From Squalus acanthias (taxonomy: Eukaryota), in assembly GCA_030390025.1 (NCBI GenBank), contig CM059432.1, positions 106,084,001 through 106,148,000 of the forward strand: a stretch of DNA of 64,000 nucleotides, read 5' to 3'. The stretch's first letter is position 1; each line of letters starts with the position of its first letter. Positions 63,927 through 64,000 of the stretch are shown in pieces. Under the pieces are notes generated by a model that had not been told where the DNA came from, did not search any database, and saw only the letters and a list, made by a program, of their open reading frames with translations. The position numbers and the translations under genes are program-made.

Positions 63927-64000
63927 CTTTGTGTGAAAAACCAAAGCAAATTGATTAGATGTGGGCTTTACTTGTCAGAATCTGCACAACCTTTTCACAC

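Overview
Eukaryotic (vertebrate) genomic DNA, very likely a shark or other cartilaginous fish judging from the repeat families (inference). The whole window lies inside one minus-strand gene, ENPP2 (autotaxin). Sixteen consecutive GT-AG exons (63926 down to 1574, 1592 nt) splice in frame from the catalytic PDE domain ([12 protein letters not shown]) to the EF-hand of the nuclease-like domain (DYDYDG); both gene ends lie outside the window. The introns hold dense, often nested transposons: many CR1 LINEs (one with a near-complete ORF2), a second LINE family with a tail-sharing tRNA-SINE, Deu-type SINEs, numerous PIF/Harbinger-type elements with 3-bp target-site duplications (TSDs), two hAT elements with 8-bp TSDs and a Tc1/mariner-type MITE. 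The most notable observations are short fold-back Penelope-like insertions carrying minimal hammerhead ribozyme motifs, a three-layer nested Harbinger/CR1/CR1 stack, and a 3.7 kb hAT element with unexplained internal sequence. All family assignments are from recognition by eye, not database searches.
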